Shown here in pieces: positions 62,671 to 64,000 of a stretch of DNA of 64,000 nt. This DNA comes from Candidatus Cloacimonadales bacterium (GTDB lineage Bacteria; Cloacimonadota; Cloacimonadia; Cloacimonadales; JAFGVF01), in contig OY782781.1 in NCBI GenBank assembly GCA_963678315.1, forward strand, positions 1,056,001 to 1,120,000. The letters run 5' to 3'. Each line of letters opens with the position of its first letter. Position 1 is the stretch's first letter. The notes below the pieces were generated by a model, which was given only the letters and a program-made list of their open reading frames with translations, was not told where the DNA came from and did not search any database. The translations under genes were made by a program, and so were the position numbers.

Positions 62671-62994
62671 AAACAAAACCTCCAAGGTTTTTATTTTTTG
62701 TTTTGGTCACCACACCACTACTCAGTCAATTTAGGATATAAATTCTAACTTGTCAAACATTTTTTTTAGCTTTTAAGTTTTTGGACTAATAATTCACATA
62801 ATATTAACATTTATAGGCTTCTAGGGGCATTTTGCTAGATAAGAAAACTGGCTGATTATTCAAGTAATTCCATGAAATTACTAATAATTTTGCCTAAAAG
62901 TAGATTATTTTTGTGATTCTTTTTTAAGAAATGTAAAAATTAGTTAATTATTATGAAAAATGAGTAAAATATGTTGATTTTTATCAAAACACTG

Positions 62995-64000
62995 GCCAGA
63001 GATAAATGGGAAAAATGAAAAATGAAAGCCACGGATTACACAGATAAGCACGGATAAAGACAAAATTAAAAATAGGAAGAATGATAGCCACGAATGGCAC
63101 AAATAATCACTGATAAATGAAAAGTTAAAATTGAAGAATGAAAAATTAATCATTTTAATCAGTAAAATCAGTGTCATCAGTGTTCTATTAAATATAACCA
63201 CGAAATACACGAAAAGACACGAAAGTAAGTATTAAATGCTTTTGGCCACGGATAACACTGATAGTCACGGATAAAGGGGAAGAAATGAAGAATGATGAAT
63301 GAAGAATGATTGAAGAATGATTGAAGAATTGAGGAGATGCTATCCATAAAAACCCCGAAGGGGTGGCATATACTAAGCATGGAGGCTTGCCCTCCATGTA
63401 ATAGTTAAAAAATAAAAAAAGCCCTGAAAGGGCGACATAAAGGCTAGGCTATATCTGCAAACAGGAAAGTTTACCACGAAAAGCACGAATAACACGAAAA
63501 ACAGTAAAATTATTTAGGACTGGACAGATAGCCAAGAATGGCACAAATCTCACGAATAAGAAGAGATATAACCACGAAACACACGAAAAGACACGAAAGA
63601 AAGTCTTAATTGTTTTTAGCCACGGATAACACAGATAAGCACGGATAAAGACAAAATTAAAAATAGGAAGAATGATAGCCACGAATGACACAAATCTCAC
63701 GAATAATAAGAGATATAACCACGAAACACACGAAAAGACACGAAAGTAAGTATTAAATGCTTTTAGCCACGGATAACACTGATAGTCACGGATAAAGGGG
63801 AAGAAATGAAGAATGATGAATGAAGAATGATTGAAGAATTGAGGAGATGCTATCCATAAAAACCCCGAAGGGGTGGCATATACTAAGCATGGAGGCTTGC
63901 CCTCTATGTAATAGTTAAAAAATAAAAAAAGCCCTGAAAGGGCGACATAAAGGCTAGGCTATATCTGCAAACAGGAAAGTTTACCACGAAAAGCACGAAA
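62995..64000 (+). repeat. Non-coding mosaic of CAC-triplet repeats, (A/G)AATGAA runs and tnpA2-type modules, with a 521-bp-period duplication
   Basis: CCACGGATAACACAGATAAGCACGGAT and ACCACGAAA(T/C)ACACGAAAAGACACGAAA recur; the block starting at 63192 repeats at 63713. Confidence 0.85.

Noticed and set aside
62944..63700. Short minus-strand ORFs rich in FRVFS/FVSF
   Set aside because: Products of the low-complexity CAC-triplet repeats, with no RBS or domain evidence.

Overview
AT-rich bacterial chromosomal window. The gene content (FlgD-Ig/T9SS-like C-terminal sorting domains, a C25 gingipain-like protease, a transcarboxylase-type cluster, K+-dependent membrane PPase, lpxK, lnt) suggests an anaerobic diderm such as Candidatus Cloacimonadota; this is an inference. 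Most of the window is housekeeping genes: ABC exporters, recJ, lnt, lpxK, hppA, obgE, dprA, hisS, purS/purQ, comF, dnaA with upstream DnaA boxes, malic enzyme and rarA. The unusual part is intergenic. Four HUH/Y1 nuclease genes lie within about 12 kb around dnaA: two IS200-like TnpA and two RAYT/TnpA-REP-like. Each is bracketed by its own inverted hairpin repeats, some amplified into tandem arrays, and solo copies form mosaics across the window. All three conventional mobile elements sit inside these repeats: an IS1182 with a 20-bp palindromic target duplication, a 1,894-bp group II intron and an IS21. Other points of interest are a 165-nt G-U-rich hairpin (candidate ncRNA), an orphan GlmL-like ATPase module, a double-biotin-domain carboxyltransferase and a degenerate hybrid kinase. 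No CRISPR array, tRNA or rRNA was recognised.
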